Assembly: GCA_035221665.1 (NCBI GenBank)
Contig: CM069171.1
Span: forward strand, 3,658,001 to 3,722,000
Source of the DNA: Okamejei kenojei
Taxonomy: Eukaryota
Reading direction: 5' to 3'
Length of the DNA: 64,000 bases
Of this stretch, positions 1 through 13,780 are shown one piece after another. Numbering within the stretch: position 1 is the stretch's first letter; every line of letters begins with the position of its first letter. The position numbers were made by a program, and so were the translations under genes. Under the pieces are notes generated by a model. The model did not search any database, was not told the origin of the DNA, and worked only from the letters and a program-made list of their open reading frames with translations.

Positions 1-1293
1 GTCATCGTCATTCACCCTGCTTGTGGTATCCGTATAATCCATCTGATGACAGGAGAAAACTTAGGGTTATATAGCAGGGTCAGGGGTGAGCCTTCTTTCA
101 GCGAAACAAAGTACACAGTCCCTGTTCTCCATTTGAAATGGGAGCCTTACTCCAAATTCTTCAATTCAAACATTCTCCAGTGATAACCCTGAAGAACTGG
201 CAGTGGCGGTAATAGGTACCGTGATTCTGGCAGGTGAATTCCAATGCAAAATATGTATGTCCAGTAATGACTGAAGTTTGGCATGATCTTGTATGATATC
301 TGTTCTCTAAATTGAAGTAATTCTACAGCATAGAATTTTCCAACATTTTAATTGGGAATACTGCTTGCATGTTAACCAATCTGAATTAAACATGTGGTAA
401 ATGTGAATTAAAGTGGTATGCCTTTTTGACCATTAAAAATAACTAGTGACCTTTGCCAAAGTTTTGTAAGAATAGAACATAGCAGTAGTAAATCTTGAGC
501 AGTTTCAACAGAGGGGTGTACAATGATCAATGTGAATAGTAAATATAAAATGATACCATTACAAATTCCAAATGGTGATACCCAAGACTGCATAAAAAAA
601 CTACATAACTTCACAATGTGTCTAGCAAATGTAGAATAAATCTACACATTAAAAATTTGAATGGTTTTCCCCACTTCAGAAAGCTGCTAGTTGCAGACAG
701 CTGAGTATATTTTCATGTTTGTTGGATCCTTTAAGAAAAGGGACAAGGTGTAAACAAAGATGATAGTTCTTTTTTTTTTATCTCTCCCCTCCCATCTCCT
801 TTGTATTCATAATAGAGCTCTATTCTTAATTCCTGTTTCCTATTTTATGCACCTATTTTAACTAATGATGGTAAGTTAGGCATAGAAACTGGAATGTTAG
901 CTTGCTCCAAGGTTCAGCGAATAGCTAAAATCTGCAATTAATCTCGATATGCACTGAAAGTAGTGGATAACGAGTTGATATCAAACTTGGATGTCTGTTT
1001 TCCTAGGGTGGTGTTGGCAGATTACTGAATTTTAAAAAAGTAAAGAAGCTGACCTTTTCACCTCTGGCTTGTTGCCAGACTGAGTAGCTCACCAACAGCT
1101 TTTAGGGCATATGATGAATGGATTTTTTTCCTGGCTGAAAGCATGAACAGCAGTACACATTTGATTTGAAACTTGTGCAGATAATTGATTGGAAAGTATG
1201 CTTCTAATCTATAGCTTCCAGAAGGTATGGACAAGAATCTGCACTATATTTAGTATTTGGTAACCCATTCACAATAACCTAAATTAACCTAGT

Positions 1294-1878
1294 TGTCAAG
1301 TGTCAAGAGTTTATTGTCATGTGTCCCAGATAGGACAATGAAATTCTTGCTTGCTGCTGCACAACAGAATATTGTAGGCATAAATTTAGATCAGTGTGTC
1401 CATATACCATAGAATATATATACACGCATAAATAAACAGATAAAGTGCAATAGACTGTTATAGTTCAGAGTTTGTTTGAAGTTGTGTTTAATAGTCTGAT
1501 GGCTGTGGATAAGAAGCTGTTCCTGAACCTGGATATTGGAAATTTCGGGCTCCTGTACCTTCTACCTGATGGCAGCGGAGAGATGAGTGTGTGGCCAGGA
1601 TGGTGGGGGTCCTTGATGATGCTGGCAGCCTTTTTGAGGCGGCGTCTGCGATTGATTCCCGCGATGGTAGGGAGGTCAGAGCAGGTGATGGACTGGGCAG
1701 TGTTTACAACGTTTTGCAGCCTTTTCCATTCCTGGACGCTCGGGTTGCCATACCAAGCCACGATGCAACCGGTCAGCATGTTCTCTACTCTACAGCGCAC
1801 ACCTGTAGAAGTTCGAGAGAGTCCTCCTTGACATACTGATTTTCCGTAATCTTCTCAGGCAGTCGAGGCGCTTTATGC
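1294..1878 (-). mobile_element. Rex1/Babar-like non-LTR retrotransposon, 5'-truncated 3' end
   Basis: Minus ORF 1465-1800 (LTGCIVAWYGN...IIKDPHHPGHTLISPLPSGRRYRS...RFRNSFLSTAIRLLN) resembles the post-RT C-terminus of this clade; short tandem tail near 1294. Confidence 0.8.
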
Positions 1879-2149
1879 TATTGTGCCTTTATGGTTTGTT
1901 TCTGAAGTTCAACTGGTTACTTTCAAAATTGCTCTTGTATATTAATGTTGTTCAAACTAGACTTGACCTGCTTTAGAAAAATCTTGTCTTCATGAGTACC
2001 TGGGGTAACAGTTCCATAAACATTTGTAGCTTTTGATGATGTTCCTGGTCAGGTTACTCATCAAGAACATCTTTCTCGCGATCTATTGGATGGGGATGGT
2101 GCAATGTTCATGAGTACTACAAATTGCACTTGTAAATTCTTGATCTATA

Positions 2150-2390
2150 TGTTTACAGAATAACAGGCCCCCAGCCCACTAGGTTTGTGCCAAACATGGT
2201 GCCTAATTAAACTAATCATTTCTATCTGCATGTGATCCAAATTCCTCCATTCCCAGCATTTTCACATGCTTATCTAAAAGCAGCCTCAATGTCATAATTG
2301 TATCGGCACCATGCACCTACCACTGTGCATAGAAAAAAAACTTGCCCTTCGTTACTCCTTTAAATATTCCCCCCCCTTACCTTAAAGCAA
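2150..2390 (-). mobile_element. CR1-type LINE 3' fragment, degenerate
   Basis: Similar by eye to the CR1 3' fragments at 32262 and 54875. Confidence 0.6.
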
Positions 2391-3425
2391 AAGTGGTTTA
2401 CAGCAATATTTAGTTAGTACTATCTGTCTTGTTGAATACCTAATTGGTTTAACATATTTTTCATGCTGAGTGGTATTAAAAAAAAACCGAGACTGTTATA
2501 GTTATATGTTCCTTCCCCATCTGCATGTGAATGTTTTCAGAGGCAGCCTGTGTGGTATGTCATGAAAACATTTATTGCAGTTGGTTTTTATTTTGTGGTT
2601 AAGATGCGCTTACCTTTGAACCCCTGTTCCATGACTGTTGATCTAGAAGTGCAGTAAATTATGCTTATGCCATGTTCAGAATTATAAAAATTCTAATTAT
2701 AAACCATAGTTCAGATTCCTGTCTGAGCTTTGTGTAAATATGTGATCAAAGGTGATATAATCTACCATGATTGCTATTGTCTACCATCACAGGTTTGAAA
2801 CGGTTTGCTTTGAATGGGGCATCATGTCTAGGGTAGAAAAATAGTCAACAGCAAATATGGAAGAATATGCCTATTGTTAATGAAAGCCTTTACAGTGGTA
2901 CAAGAGATTTGTTCTTGCCCATTTCTGTGTGAAACATGTTTTGTAGACTTTGCATTGACTGTACTTTGTAAGAAGACCAAAGGAAGTATTTTAAGAGCAT
3001 GTCATTATTGACTGTTTTGAAATATGATATTCTTGAGCCTTGGATCTGTGTGGTTACCTAGAAATGGTTTTAGTGTGCCTGACTGCCTCGCCTATGTGTG
3101 CATGACTTCTAAATGCCAGTCAATTAAATAAATGCATTGGATATTCAAATTTGAACATTTCTGTAGCTAATTGACAGTTTTGTTCTGGATTTGTTTCAAA
3201 ACAACAGTGTTAAAGACTAAACTCTGTATTAGAATAGATTATAATTTAGGGTAAAGGAACTGTTTCGAGTTAGCTTTATAGAAAGGAAAAAAGGCCATTG
3301 GTGCAAATTTTGCAAACCAATAGAACTTGATTTTTTTTGTACTTAAATAAAACATGGTATTTTGGTAGTTGGTATGATTTTTTTTTTGTATTTCAAGGGA
3401 GACTAAAAGCTGCATTAAGATGTTA

Positions 3426-3545
3426 GAGAAGGAACTGCAGATGCTGGAAAATCAAGGGTACACAAAAGGCTGGAGAAACTCAGTGGGTGCAGCATCATCT
3501 AAGGAGCGAAGAAGATAGGCAACGTTTCGGGCGGAAACCCTTCCC
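3426..3545 (-). mobile_element. Penelope-like element 3' terminal fragment with 18-bp TSD
   Basis: Direct repeat agctgcattaagatgtta at 3408-3425 and 3546-3563; family sequence aaggaactgcagatgctggaaaatc...aacgtttcggg. Confidence 0.8.
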
Positions 3546-3809
3546 AGCTGCATTAAGATGTTAATTTAAGCATTTGGGGAACTTTTGGGACCAAAGAGGT
3601 AATCCCACAAAATTGGATCTATTTTAAATTTGGCTTCCAGTCCCTTGTATGGCTGGGTATCATAGCATTGATGTTATGCACTATCCCCAATTAAGACTAC
3701 TTATTTATTAAAACCAACTCCTACGCATCCCCCTTATGCACACTCTAGGTGCAGTCATGCACAGATATGGTGTTGTCCTCCAATAAAACATAGCTAATAG
3801 GTTTCTTGG

Positions 3810-4113
3810 AGACATAAAAGATGTAAATGCTGAAATCCTCAACAACAAAAAAATAGAGAAACTCTGGAGCAGGCAGCATGACAATTCCTTCAATTCTGTT
3901 AACCCTGACTGTCTCCTCCCCTTCCTACCTCTCCCTCAGCCCTCAGGCTCCTCCTCCTTTTTCCTTTCTTCCCCCACCCCCCATCAGTCTGAAGAGGGTT
4001 TTGGCGCGAAATGTTGCCTACCTCCTTCGCTCCATAAATGCTACTGCACCCGCTGAGTTTCTCCAGCATTTTGTGTACCCTCGATTTTCCAGCATCTGCA
4101 GTTCCTTATTTAA
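3810..4113 (+). mobile_element. Penelope-like 3' end with pyrimidine-rich 3' UTR, preceded by an older inverted piece
   Basis: cagtctgaagagggttttggcgcgaaatgttgcc...ccagcatctgcagttcctt. Confidence 0.75.
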
Positions 4114-5109
4114 CAGCATGTCATTTTGGGTTTGAACTCTTCCAATTTGGAGTAATGAGGAGATTGTTAATAGAAAGGTGAGGGGCAGGTCCTCTAATTT
4201 TCCCCCACTCCCCTGTTCCTGTCTACTAGCTATCATTCCCTCTAGTTCTACATTTTGCTCCACATCTTCCACCTTGTCCTCTGCATCATTGGTTATCCTC
4301 TACAGTCCTTTCTCACCACATGACTGATCTGCTAATTAACTGCTCCTTGTGTGGATCTCTTGTCTCAACCCTTCCCTTCACCTTTCCACCTTCTATCTCT
4401 CCTCTGACCCTTTTAAAGGTTTACTGCTTTGATCTTAGCTGGGTTATCCTACTTTATCCTGCTTGGATTTCTATTGTGCTTCTGAGCTCAAATTGCTTGC
4501 TTCCATCGTTTGCCAGTATGCAAAAGGATACTGTCAATTTACGGCAAAGAAGAATTGGCAATGTATCCCTTCTCTCTGGCATTATACATCGCCTGCCATG
4601 CAATACAAGTAATTATATAAATGTACAGTAGGGATTTGTTTCTGAAAACATTTTTTCTAAATCCAACAGTACGTCAAGCAGTAGTTCTTGGATATTTTGG
4701 TGCGATGTTTCGATTGTAATAATAGGCTGGATGTAAAGGGGGTGGGGAGGCGCTTATTTTCCATTTTGTGTAGGCCGGAAACAACAAAACTCGATTGTAT
4801 CGTTCATGCATTTCTTGCATCAGAAGTGTTCACAACCTCAGATTTTGTTATCAATTAAGTATAATTTCAACTGTGGGCTTGTATTGTAGGAAATTGATAA
4901 TTTGGAAGCATTGAGGTTCAATAAACAATGTGATGAACAGATAATCCATTTCGTATCATGTTGGGTAAAATATAAACACTGGACAGGACAGCTTGCTGGC
5001 CCTTCTAAATTTTTCACATCTAGTTTTAATTCCACTAAACCAACATATTTGGTGAGCACATTTCTTATCGTATCATTGCAATCGGGTGCCTGAGTAATGA
5101 TCCCCATTA

Positions 5110-5260
5110 GGTTTATGAAGGAACTGCAGATGCTGGAAAATCGAAAGGTAGACAAATGGAAGATGAAATGCTGGAGAAAGACAGCAGGTGAGGCAGCATC
5201 TATGGAGCAAAGGAAATAGGCAACATTTCGGGTCGAGACCCTTCAGACTGAAGAAGTCTT
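5110..5260 (-). mobile_element. Penelope-like 3' terminal fragment
   Basis: Family sequence; flanking cccatta at 5103-5109 and 5261-5267. Confidence 0.75.
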
Positions 5261-7131
5261 CCCATTACTTCTCCACCCTATCGTACTCATAAAAATGGCT
5301 CCTTTTTCAAAGATGAAATTTTATTTTATAACCAGGGATTTAAAATATTAAAATGGCATTGAAAATCCATATTTTCCACAAAATTATTCAGCTGTTCATA
5401 TTTTCCCACCTTGGGATTTTTCCACTGTTAGAGGAAGGAGTGTACAGATGAGTAATAATGTTTGTACATATAATAATTCCATCTGATCTTTAATTTACTC
5501 AGTGTTTATTATGGGAGCAAGATCACTTGGAGATAGTGGTTATTTAAAGGAACCAGTACTGATAAATCTTTAGCGAATGAGGGATTTTTATTATTGAAAT
5601 AACTCCACTAATTTGTATTCCCTAATGTTTCCTGCTTGAGTCATAATTTAGGAGTGGATTATTCTTCACCCAAGATCATAATTATAATATGCTGTACTTG
5701 TTTGAGAGCTCTTACTAAACCATATGCTCTGACTTTTGAGGTAGCTGTAGTTATTTGCTATGTAGGCTAACCACATCAGAATTGTATTTATTTAAGCAGT
5801 GATGCTTGTCTAAGAATACGTTAAAAAATATTTAAACAATTTAAACTGGAATTGAATTTTACTCTAGTTCAATTCAAATGCAGAAATGCTAGGATTGTCA
5901 TGGGTTATGTGAAGAATTTGTCATTTCTAAACAAAGGCAACAGTGACCTTCCCCAGAAAGATTTGTTTACATTATTGTATATAATCACTATATTTTAACT
6001 TATTATTTGTAGCAACCTATTGTATTTCAAACCTAATGTCCTTATGGCAGTGCTTCTGAAAATGATTCTTGTAAAGTTGGGTCAACCTTAGTTTAATAAA
6101 TGCTGCTGAGGAACTGTTTCATTTGCTTTGCTCGATGTCTGATGCCTATTAATTGATTTGCAGCACTTGAGGCAAGGATTTAAGTCTAACTCTGACCACG
6201 TGCATGATATAACATTTTCTTTCCGTTTTGGATTTTACTTGAAATTCAGTGGTTAAAAGGTTTCATTGTCATGGTACATACAGTAAACTATAGAGGCATT
6301 GCAGTACACTGTATTGAAGTTAGTGATCTGAAATGTGTGAGCAGCCTACTCGTAATCCTGCTCAACCCCACTAGCCTAATAAAATGGCTGCACAGCAGCT
6401 ACTTCTGGTATGACACACCTAGCTTATGTAATATTCGGTTCAGAAACTGAGCAGCTTAACCTTATAAGGTAATCTTGTTGAAGCATTACCTGGGGGAGTG
6501 GCTTTTGTTGGGACAGCGTTATCTGCATTGCTGAATCTGAGTCAGCTGTGAAATCATACTACTGAAATGTGACTACATTTTATTCCATTCAAACTGTTCA
6601 GAGGTTCTACAAAGGAAACATTGAAACTTGATGGTTGGACAAGATGTTGATACTGGACAGTTTACAAGTACACATTGCTGTGGAATTAATGATCTACCTT
6701 CAACAAAATCTAGTTTTTACAAATACTTGTCAGTAAATGTACATACTTTGTGCATGTAGTCAGTTTGTATAATTAAAGGAAAAAAAGGTTAGAAAGTGAA
6801 TATTTTTTTTGAGGCAGTGAAAAACCATTGAGCAATGGGTAATAATTTAATTGAGGATTTTTTACCCTCACCATTGGACCGTGCTTGATTTAACTGGAAT
6901 TCAAGCATGTAATTTCTTCTAGGCTAGCACAGTAGAAACAATGAATTTGGAACCTTTGAATTTTTGAATTTTTAACCTGAGATTACTAGTTGTTTTGCGT
7001 TTAGAAATATGGCCTGGGCATTCTTGAAATGGATTCAGGGTGAGAGACTAGGTGTGACAGGAATTATGATCACAGACACAATCTATCAAAGAAGTAGGGT
7101 AGATAAGTGGATAGTGCTAGGAATTATCTTG

Positions 7132-7231
7132 GGAAATTAGTCTGAAGAAAGTCTCGACCTGTAACGTCGCCCATTCCATCGCTCCATAGATGCTGCCTGT
7201 CCCGCTGAGTTTCTCCAGCATTTTTGTCTAC
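7132..7231 (+). mobile_element. Penelope-like 3' terminal fragment with 15-bp TSD
   Basis: ctaggaattatcttg at 7117-7131 and 7232-7246. Confidence 0.8.
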
Positions 7232-7436
7232 CTAGGAATTATCTTGAAGTGTGTTTTATAGGACTTGCACAAAGCCCCTTAATTAAATCTTTGAATACTG
7301 GAAGTGGTTTCTTTGGGGTTTGTAACCTATTTAAAAGTTTAAATTGGGGAGAGATGAGGATGGAAAGAACTTTGCCGTTTTGCTGTTTGAAGTGACATTC
7401 AAAGCAAACTATTTTCAATACAACAATGATTGTGGG

Positions 7437-7630
7437 GTAGACACAATGCTGGAGTAGCTCAGCGGGACAGGCAGCGTCTCTGGAGAAAAGGAATGGAGTC
7501 TTAAGTCTGAAGAAGGGTCTCGACCAGAAACGTCACCCATTCCTTCTCTCCAGAGATGCTGCCCGTCCTGCTGAGTTACTCAAGCATTGTCTACCTTTGA
7601 TTTAAAACAGCATTTGCAGTTCTTTCCTAC
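7437..7630. mobile_element. Penelope-derived fold-back insertion with 14-bp TSD
   Basis: Inverted arms; acaatgaKtgtggg at 7423-7436 and 7631-7644. Confidence 0.8.
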
Positions 7631-9383
7631 ACAATGAGTGTGGGATCATTGGTTTTGTGTGGTCTTAAGGTCTTGATCTTCAAATCCCTTTTTGTTAGTT
7701 GAGTAAAGTATAATTATCCTGGCGGTGGAATTCCATCCTTAATGTCTGCCTTTTCAGAGCCCGAGTTATGGAAGTCATGTTTTCAATGATTTACTCTGAG
7801 CTTGCATGTCGGTTGGCAAAGAGGTGTGGCAGCAGTGTATTGGTCTTGCAGATATGTGCAAGTCCCATCTCCCTCGCCAATGATAGTGCTGCCAATTACT
7901 GGAAGTCTGGCCTCTCAACATGTGCAAATACAAAAATCATCTACATGAAACATATACATATTTAATTTGTGTAAATCAATATCTGCCGTTCCTTGTTTCT
8001 ACTTTTTCCTCTATCTTTTTATATGACTAGTCTGTCTGGCTTGCTGGGGGGGGGAATTGACCATTCAGTAGTCTGCACTGGGACTGATGATCAAACTTTT
8101 TAATGCAAAGATGAGGGGCCAATACTTTCAAATAGCATGGAACTTGTATTTTAATATTCCAATTTTTGCATGTCCTTGCACAAAATTCTTGATTTTATTC
8201 GTTTTGATATTATCTAAAACACTACTAAGTACATGCATTTCAGCTCTAGCTGTTGATTTGCCGCAACGATTTCAAAAGCAGTTTTTAAGTCTGACATTCA
8301 TTAGTGCAAAAGTGATCTGTATAAAGCTGATTTTTAAAATGTATGTTTGTAATCTAAAGTTATTTGAAATTACGTTATGGTCAATTGGACCATTATGACT
8401 GCTCCCTTTGTCAGAATGATCCAAAGCTCATTTGTTGTGCCCCTACAACTTTGGATTTTCCTCCATTTAACTTTGCTAATATTTTTGACTGCTTTACTCT
8501 CCTTGCAGCAAAATACTCTAATACTTGTCCACATAGCGATTTCTTCATCCCTCTATCATTACTGGCAATGTTAATTTTGTTACTCAATGTCTCTTTGAAA
8601 TCTTTAAGAGTCTAGTTTGTTTTGCGCTTCAGAATAGCACAGTAAGTTTAATGATTGAATTCTATGGATATTTTTCTTCCCAATCCAGTACCCCTATAAG
8701 TCTATTCGCATTAACAAATTGAGTAACTATTTGCCTTTGGCTGTGATTGTAGTGATGGGGGGGGGGGGGGGGGGATTTTCATTGGGTCAAAAGCATTAAT
8801 GGTTCCAGGCACACTTGCCATTTGCAAATGGCTTTTCCCCTTCAAGGATACCCTGCCATTTTCTTGGCTGACCATCGTAGCCAAATCATGACAAGGCTTC
8901 ACTTTAACCGTGAATGGAAACTGGCTTATTGCCAATAAAATTTCACAACTAATTTTCCATGCACAAGTGGACTGCTCTGTGAAACCTGTTGCTTCTTAAA
9001 AGCAGAGTTGCTAATCGCCTAATGACTACTGCTAAAAGGCAAGTCCAATGAGAGGTTCGCTTTGTATTAGTTTGAGAATGGTAGTAACTACATACAGGCA
9101 ATTCTAATAATTTTCAAGTTTAAGCATGAACTTCAAATGTGGTATTTCACTTGATGTTACCTGAATTTATACAATTATTATAAACTGTATAAATAGTTTC
9201 TGCTTTCCACCTTGAACATTATTTACCTTTGTCTTAAACTGAAAGGATATGTGTTATTCGTAAATTGTTTTGATGCTAGTCATTGGGTCACATGAATAGT
9301 CTGTAGGTTGGGAAATGAGTGATGGAAGGTTGTCTTGCCCGTTTTATCTTCCCCCTGCCTTGGGAACAAAATTATTGCAACTA

Positions 9384-10502
9384 CAGTGCCCTCCGTAATG
9401 TTTGGGACAGACCCATCATTCATTTATTTATTGCCTCTGTACTCCACAATTTGGGATTTGTAATAGAAAAATTCACGTGGTTAAAGTGCACACTGTCAGA
9501 TGTCATTGAAGGCCATTTTCATACATTTTGGTTTCACCATGTAGAAATTACAGCTGTGTTTATACGTAGTTTGTCTTCTCCCCCCCCCCCCCCTCCCCCT
9601 TCCCCCATTTCAAGGCACCATAATGCTTGTGACACATGGTTTCACAGGTGTTTGTGATTGCTCAGGTGTGTTTAAATGCCTCCTTAATGCTGGTATAAAA
9701 AAGCTCTCAGCACCCAGTCTTTCCATCCCCTTTGGAAACTTTTATTGCTGTTTATCAACATGAGGACCAAAGTTGTGCCAATGAAAGTCAAAGAAGCCAT
9801 TATGAGGCTGAGAAACAAGAATAAAACTGCTGAAGGTACTGGCTCACTTATCTTCATTGATGATTCAACTGCTGATGGTACTAGCATAATGAATTCTGAA
9901 TCTGCTCAAGTTCAAACAAATGCATCAAAACTCGTTGGCTGGCAGTTCATTCTACATCAAGACAATGATCCCAAATATACTGCTAAAGGAACAAAGAATG
10001 GCTAAAAAATGGTAAATTCTTGAGAGGCCAAGTCAATCACCCGATCTGAACCCATTGGGCATGTCTTTGACATATGCTGAAGAAAAAACTGAAGGGGACT
10101 AGTCCCCAAAACTAGCATAAGCTAAAGATGGCTGCAATATAGGCCTGGCAGAGCATCACCAGAGAAGACACCCAGCAACTGGTGATGTCCATGAATCGCA
10201 GACTTCAAGCAGTCATTGCACGCAAAGGATATGCAACAAAATACTAAGCATTACTTATTTCATTTACATGACATTGCTGTGTCCCAAACATTATGGTGCC
10301 CTGAAATGGGGGGACTGTATAAACACTGCTGTAATTTCTACATAGCGAAACCAAAATGTATAAAAATGGCCTTTATTAAAATCTGGAAATTTGCAATTTA
10401 ACCGCATGTGATTTTTGTTTCTATTACAAATCTCATATTGTGGAGTTCAGGGGCAAATAAGTAAATGATGGGACTTTGTCCCAAACATAATGGAGGGCAC
10501 TG
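9384..10502 (+). mobile_element. Tc1 (DD34E-type, IR/DR) DNA transposon, internally deleted, non-autonomous
   Basis: TA|CAGTGCCCTCCGTAATGTTTGGGACA...TGTCCCAAACATAATGGAGGGCACTG|TA; long imperfect TIRs with inner direct repeat; transposase remnant MRTKVVPMKVKEAIMRLRNK, FILHQDNDPKYTAK and out-of-frame PSQSPDLNP. Confidence 0.93.
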
Positions 10503-12382
10503 TATGCAGTCTCTGCACTTACTCCATGACTGAGCTATGCTGTGCTGCAGAGACCACGCACTGGGTGACTGCAGAAATTCCAAATGGCGTCTGAATGAGT
10601 AGACGTTTGCCAACAGCCTTGCTCCTCAGGATCTCATACTTTTATCTAGCTCCATCAGCGCAGAGTTCGCATCTAATTCCTGCTTGCCGTAACCTCCCAG
10701 TAGGAATGGCCTGGTTATTGATAATGTCTTTGCAGCAGAAATATTTTACAGGTCACCCGAACTCCATGATCTTAATAAAATACTTGTTTCCGGACTTTTT
10801 CCAGGGCACCACTTTTGTGTTGAGGAGGGCATTAGTGAAGAATTCTTTCCCTTGTTAGGGGAGAATTATTTCCCTTGTTGGACTGCTAGCCACTACACTA
10901 TAAATCATTCACTAAAGTCATTAAAGTATTTGGAATGCCATTGCTAAATATTGTGGCTCTTGAAAACTGATTATGGTATGGGTGGTTGGTTTGTTTAAAA
11001 CCGAATGCTGACTCGATACTCAAGTTCAGTGAATGATCTCATCAGCCAAGAATGCTGTCACTATGATTGGAAGTCATGAAATGAACAAATTTGCCATGTA
11101 GTTAGCCGACTGCTGCATTGATGGAAAGCTTGTTGAGAAATCGCCACTAATTTAAAAGTGATAGTCCTTCATTAATTCCTGGTTTATCTTGCATTTAAAG
11201 TGAATGCAAAGGCACCTCGGTGCACAAGTTCAAGATTACTATATCCTGTTTAGGAATGTGAAAATTACTTGATTTAACAAATAGCAACAATTGTTTAAAG
11301 GCACTTAATGTGTTCTTTGCAATTGAGTTAGCTTCAGAACAATTCATTGTAAACGTTTCATTTATGTTGAATTGTTGCATCGGCTCATAGTTACTATTGT
11401 CTCTCTTATTGTCTCTCTAATTGTTGCCATAAAGGTTCCTTGGAGTAACTACAGAGAAAGAAGCTTTTGAAGATTAGTAATATAGTTTCTAGGTGTAAAT
11501 GCACATTACTCCTCATTATGAAACCTCTGCAACTGGAATCCGCGTGATGAATAGGTCACTTCTAACTAATCCCATGTTTTCTTTTGTCTACTTGCCATGC
11601 TTGGCAGCACAAATAACATTTTAGCTCTGCAAAAAACTTTGAAGTTTTTCTGGAGTAGTTTATCAACTTTTTTATGAACTTTGAGCCAGCATGTTGCCAG
11701 CCTTGATCTGTTTATCATTGTTGGTCTTGAATTCAATGCCTTTTGTGTCCATCAGATCTCTTGTCTTTGCTCTCCTCCACTATATAGAATAACCGTTGCC
11801 ATTGTTCTCTAAAATTAAGGGCTGCAAGCTTGGGTGCTCATAATGCTTGATTTGACATGCACAATCCCTGATCTATCTTGACTGTCTTTAAATATTAGTT
11901 ATTTTCTTTTCCATATCATTCTGGAAGGCAAACATTTATTTAAATCTATTTTCTCTCTCCAATTGGTGCTTTTTTGATGCCTGTTAAATTTATGTATTTT
12001 TATCTTCAATTGATCATTTGCCTATTTTTTTTCTTTCTCTGTGTAACAACAGTGTGAAACATTTTCGCCTTTTGAGTTAGAACTGATTTCTGTCCATTAA
12101 TCTGAACTACACCAATTGTCTTTGTTTACATTACTCGTTCTCTGTCTATTATTTGACATGCTTGATATTTTCAGTTTTCAGTTACCCTTCAGGTACTCTT
12201 GCAGTAAAATATCTTAACATTCTGGATCTTCACACGATTGCAAAAGGGAGATGTTTAAACTTCCAACTTCATTTCTAGTTTTCAGACTTCATGCCTTCTC
12301 CTTTCCAACTTTTGTTTTCTGCTGAGCTTTTCACACTTGAAATTGTTCATTGGGATTTATTTCCATGAACAGACCTTCATCT

Positions 12383-12616
12383 GAAGAAGGGTTTCGGCCC
12401 AAAGCGTTGCCCATCTCCTTCGCTCCATAGATCCTGCTGCACCTGCTGAGTTTCTCCAGCATTTTGTGTACCCTCGATTTTCCAGCATCTGCAGTTCCTT
12501 CTTTAAGACCTTCATCTTTGGTAGGTAGACAAAATTGCTGGAGAAACTCGGCGGGTGCGGCAGCATCTATGGAGTGAAGGAAATGGGCAACGTTTCAACC
12601 AAAACCCTTCTTCAGA
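12383..12616. mobile_element. Two tail-to-tail Penelope-like 3' fragments, each with its own TSD
   Basis: agaccttcatct at 12371-12382 and 12506-12517; catctttggta at 12513-12523 and 12617-12627. Confidence 0.8.
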
Positions 12617-12629
12617 CATCTTTGGTATG

Positions 12630-12850
12630 TTGGCCATTTGATGTGACGGAGGGTGGTGTGTGCCTGGAATGTGCTGCTGGAGGTGGTGGTTGAAGCAAAT
12701 ACGATAGTGGCATTTGAGGGTCCTATGGATAGGCCTTTGGATATGGAGGGAATGGAGGGATATAGATTATGTGCCAGCAGATAGAAGTTGGACATCATGT
12801 TTGACACAGACGTTGGATTGAAGACCTTGTTCTTGTGCTGTACTGTTCTA
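12630..12850 (+). mobile_element. CR1-type LINE 3' end
   Basis: gagggtggtgtgtgcctggaatgtgctgctggaggtggtggttgaagca...gtgctgtactgttcta. Confidence 0.7.
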
Positions 12851-12965
12851 TCTATCAAGATCAAAATTAAAAACTGCAGTCAGCTGATTTTAACTAGTGT
12901 AGCTCTTTAAATTAATGATTTAATTTTAAGTTTCTGGCACTGTTTTCTTACCGCATGTCTGTCTG

Positions 12966-13150
12966 GAGACTAGAATGCAGATGCTGGAGCCTTGAGCATA
13001 AAACAAACTACTCGAGGAACTCAGTGTGTCATGCAACATCTGTGGAGGGAAATCTACGCTTGAAGGGTCAAAACCAGAAATGTTGTTTGTCTAATTCCCT
13101 CTACAGGTGTTGCCTGACCCACTGAGCTCTGCCAGCAGATTGTTTTCTGC
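12966..13150. mobile_element. Older Penelope-derived fold-back insertion
   Basis: Imperfect inverted arms resembling the family. Confidence 0.6.
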
Positions 13151-13682
13151 TGTCTATTCTGCAATGTTTCTGGATCAAATCCAGACTTTTCTGTTTAGAG
13201 AGCCATTTTTCAAGTTGAAGCAAAATGCTACTGATGCAGTGACATAAACCAGTGGCTTAATGTTACTTAAATTTACACCATATCTTTGAGTTCTTTATGA
13301 GCACTGAGTAAAGGATTGAAGTCTTGTCGCACACCTTCACCAGTTGCATTCCAGAGTGTGAGGCATACAGTATTGCTTAGTATTGCTGATTGGTTCTTTC
13401 CAACCCCTTCCCAGTTCCTAATCTTCAACACGCTTCCTCCAATTTTCACACTGATCTCTGAACTTGCAACTTCTTTGTCCTTTACCAAACTTGGTGAACT
13501 TTAAAAAGCAAATTGGACCTTTCTAATATTTAAAGCTATATTGTTAACATGTTCTCCAACTACTTTGTTTGCATTATATTAAGTTACTGCAGTCAGAAAA
13601 TGCAGTTATTAGTAAGTAGATTAAAATCTTTTAATTACCAACTTATAACAACTTTTGGGTTGGGCCACATTCATTTAATTGG

Positions 13683-13780
13683 AAATAGACACAAAGCTGG
13701 AGTAATTCAGCAGGACAGGCAGCATCTCTGGAGAGAAGGAATGGGTGATGTTTACAGGTTGAGACCCTTCTTCAGACTTA
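13683..13780 (-). mobile_element. Penelope-like 3' fragment with 10-bp TSD
   Basis: atttaattgg at 13673-13682 and 13781-13790. Confidence 0.75.

Noticed and set aside
43-108. CTGATGA...GAAAC as a hammerhead or C/D snoRNA
   Set aside because: No helix II closing pair, and no convincing D box with terminal stem.
1472-1839. Plus-strand ORFs of 119 and 82 aa
   Set aside because: Antisense shadows of the Rex1-like LINE coding remnant.
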